This document shows positions 62,666 through 64,000 of a stretch of DNA of 64,000 nt, piece after piece (positions within the stretch are counted from its first letter, which is position 1; the number at the start of each line of letters is the position of its first letter). The notes beneath the pieces are model-generated. The model was not told the DNA's origin, did no database searches, and saw only the letters and a list, made by a program, of their open reading frames with translations. The DNA lies in contig NW_003314318.1 of the NCBI RefSeq assembly GCF_000143415.4, forward strand, positions 1,232,710 through 1,296,709, given 5' to 3'. Both the position numbers and the translations under genes were made by a program. The DNA comes from Selaginella moellendorffii. Taxonomy: Eukaryota > Plantae > Lycopodiophyta.

Positions 62666-63741
62666 ATGGTCCAAAGTTGAGTTGAGCTCATGAGTTGAGC
62701 TCAATTCAACACAAGTCAACTCAAGTCAACATAGTCAATAAGAAATATTACAAAGGAGATCTAAATTGAACAAATGAAGGTTCTAGCAAACTTTAAAATA
62801 TTAAAATACGTAAATATCTAAGTTAAAAGTTTCTATAAGATTGAATTGTTTAAAAAAGACAAAGTTCATGAGAACCTATCTTTTATAAAACTATATTATT
62901 TTATTATGACAACTGTTACAGCTGTCATATTTGATTTGACTACTTAATATTTTGAATACTTTTACAGCTGTAGATACTATTCCTTCATTCAAAAGAGTTT
63001 TTAGGGTTCTTGAGAAGATGGGAAGCAAGGAAAATACAAGATCTGTGAGTAAGAGTTGTAGTGCAAAGGAATGTGAGAATGTTAATTTTGTTTCACTACC
63101 ACAATCTCCATATTACACTCCTGGTCCTTATTACCCATCTGGGAATGTGGAGACCACTATCACGATTGATAAAAATGCTCCTGTTACTTCTGAAACAACA
63201 GTCCAGAGCAAGAGAAATGAAGAAATGAACAGCACAGCGGAAAGCACCAAGAAATCTACTCCATAAAACTTTCTATGACATTTGTAATTTACATATTAAT
63301 TCATATTAAAAACTCTATTGCTTGCCTATATCGCAATCCTCTCATATGATAAGACCAAGGTATATTTTGCAGTGAATCCTCATTAAAAGTTTTTGGGAAT
63401 TGTTTGTAAATAATGATAAAAGAAATCAAAATCTTTCGAAAGACTCAAAAGTAATATCACATCAAAGAATCAACTTTATCTACACTTCCAAGACTAAAAG
63501 GCAATCTCACATGAGAGAATGGTAGCGTGCCAACGTGCTCTACCACTATAATGTGGTCTATATTTCCTTGCAATTTATTTCCGTAGACATTTGGCATGTG
63601 TAGAAAAGAATATATGTGTAGTAAAGTAGGATTCATCATAATGATAGAGCATGTGTATACACGATAATCTAAAATTCTAGAAGCTCTTATGTTTACAAGA
63701 AAGCTATGATTATGAAGCCCCATTTCCAAGACTGACATTTA

Positions 63742-63879
63742 AAGAATCTGAGTATTGTCAGTGTCATAATAAATAAACCTCATTCCCAAGAATATGAGTA
63801 ATGTCAGTGTCATAATAAATAAACCTCGTTCCCAAGAATCTGAGTATTGTCAGTGTCATAATAAATAAACCGCATTCCC
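63742..63879. repeat. 3 x 46-bp tandem repeat
   Basis: aagaatctgagtattgtcagtgtcataataaataaacctcattccc at 63742, 63788 and 63834. Confidence 0.92.
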
Positions 63880-64000
63880 AAGACTAAAACTTAGTATATA
63901 AACTATCTAGAAAAGTTATAGTCATTGTAGGTTTTTTGTTCTCCTTGAGCTCCTTAGAAGTTTATATTGAAATGGCTCAATCACCATTGCTAATCGTACT

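Noticed and set aside
63742-63879. CRISPR-like array (also considered for 39305-39685)
   Set aside because: Contiguous tandem units or low-complexity spacers, no cas genes, eukaryotic context.

Overview
Land-plant nuclear DNA. Very short introns (about 50-90 bp), tiny intergenic gaps and the gene content suggest a compact seedless-plant genome such as Selaginella (inference). 1-30.2 kb is gene-dense: a decayed inverted copy of ARV1-ISPD, TPT, a GT17 glycosyltransferase, tRNA-Trp, PARP3, dynamin DRP1, BUD23/WBSCR22, an unknown two-exon gene, ISPD, ARV1, a STIG1-like peptide, a PAQR/HHP protein, a stand-alone chromodomain ORF, an hAT relic, NRPB3 and a large SPL1/12-class SBP gene. 30.3-64 kb is AT-rich transposon debris (Ty3/gypsy and hAT relics, a solo LTR with TSD, two assembly gaps). 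It also holds a CHASE histidine-kinase pseudogene and one intact, very AT-rich secreted bulb-lectin fusion ORF. Most notable: (i) the chromodomain ORF, its decayed twin and a decayed SBP fragment, which together suggest a local tandem duplication with reciprocal loss; (ii) the orphan lectin fusion; (iii) the inverted ARV1-ISPD duplicate with an internal micro-inversion; (iv) the 29-bp ARV1-to-ISPD gap; (v) PARP3 with a C-Y-E triad and ABRE/RY motifs; (vi) an LTR family carrying ABRE clusters. Exon boundaries and TE limits were read by eye and are approximate.
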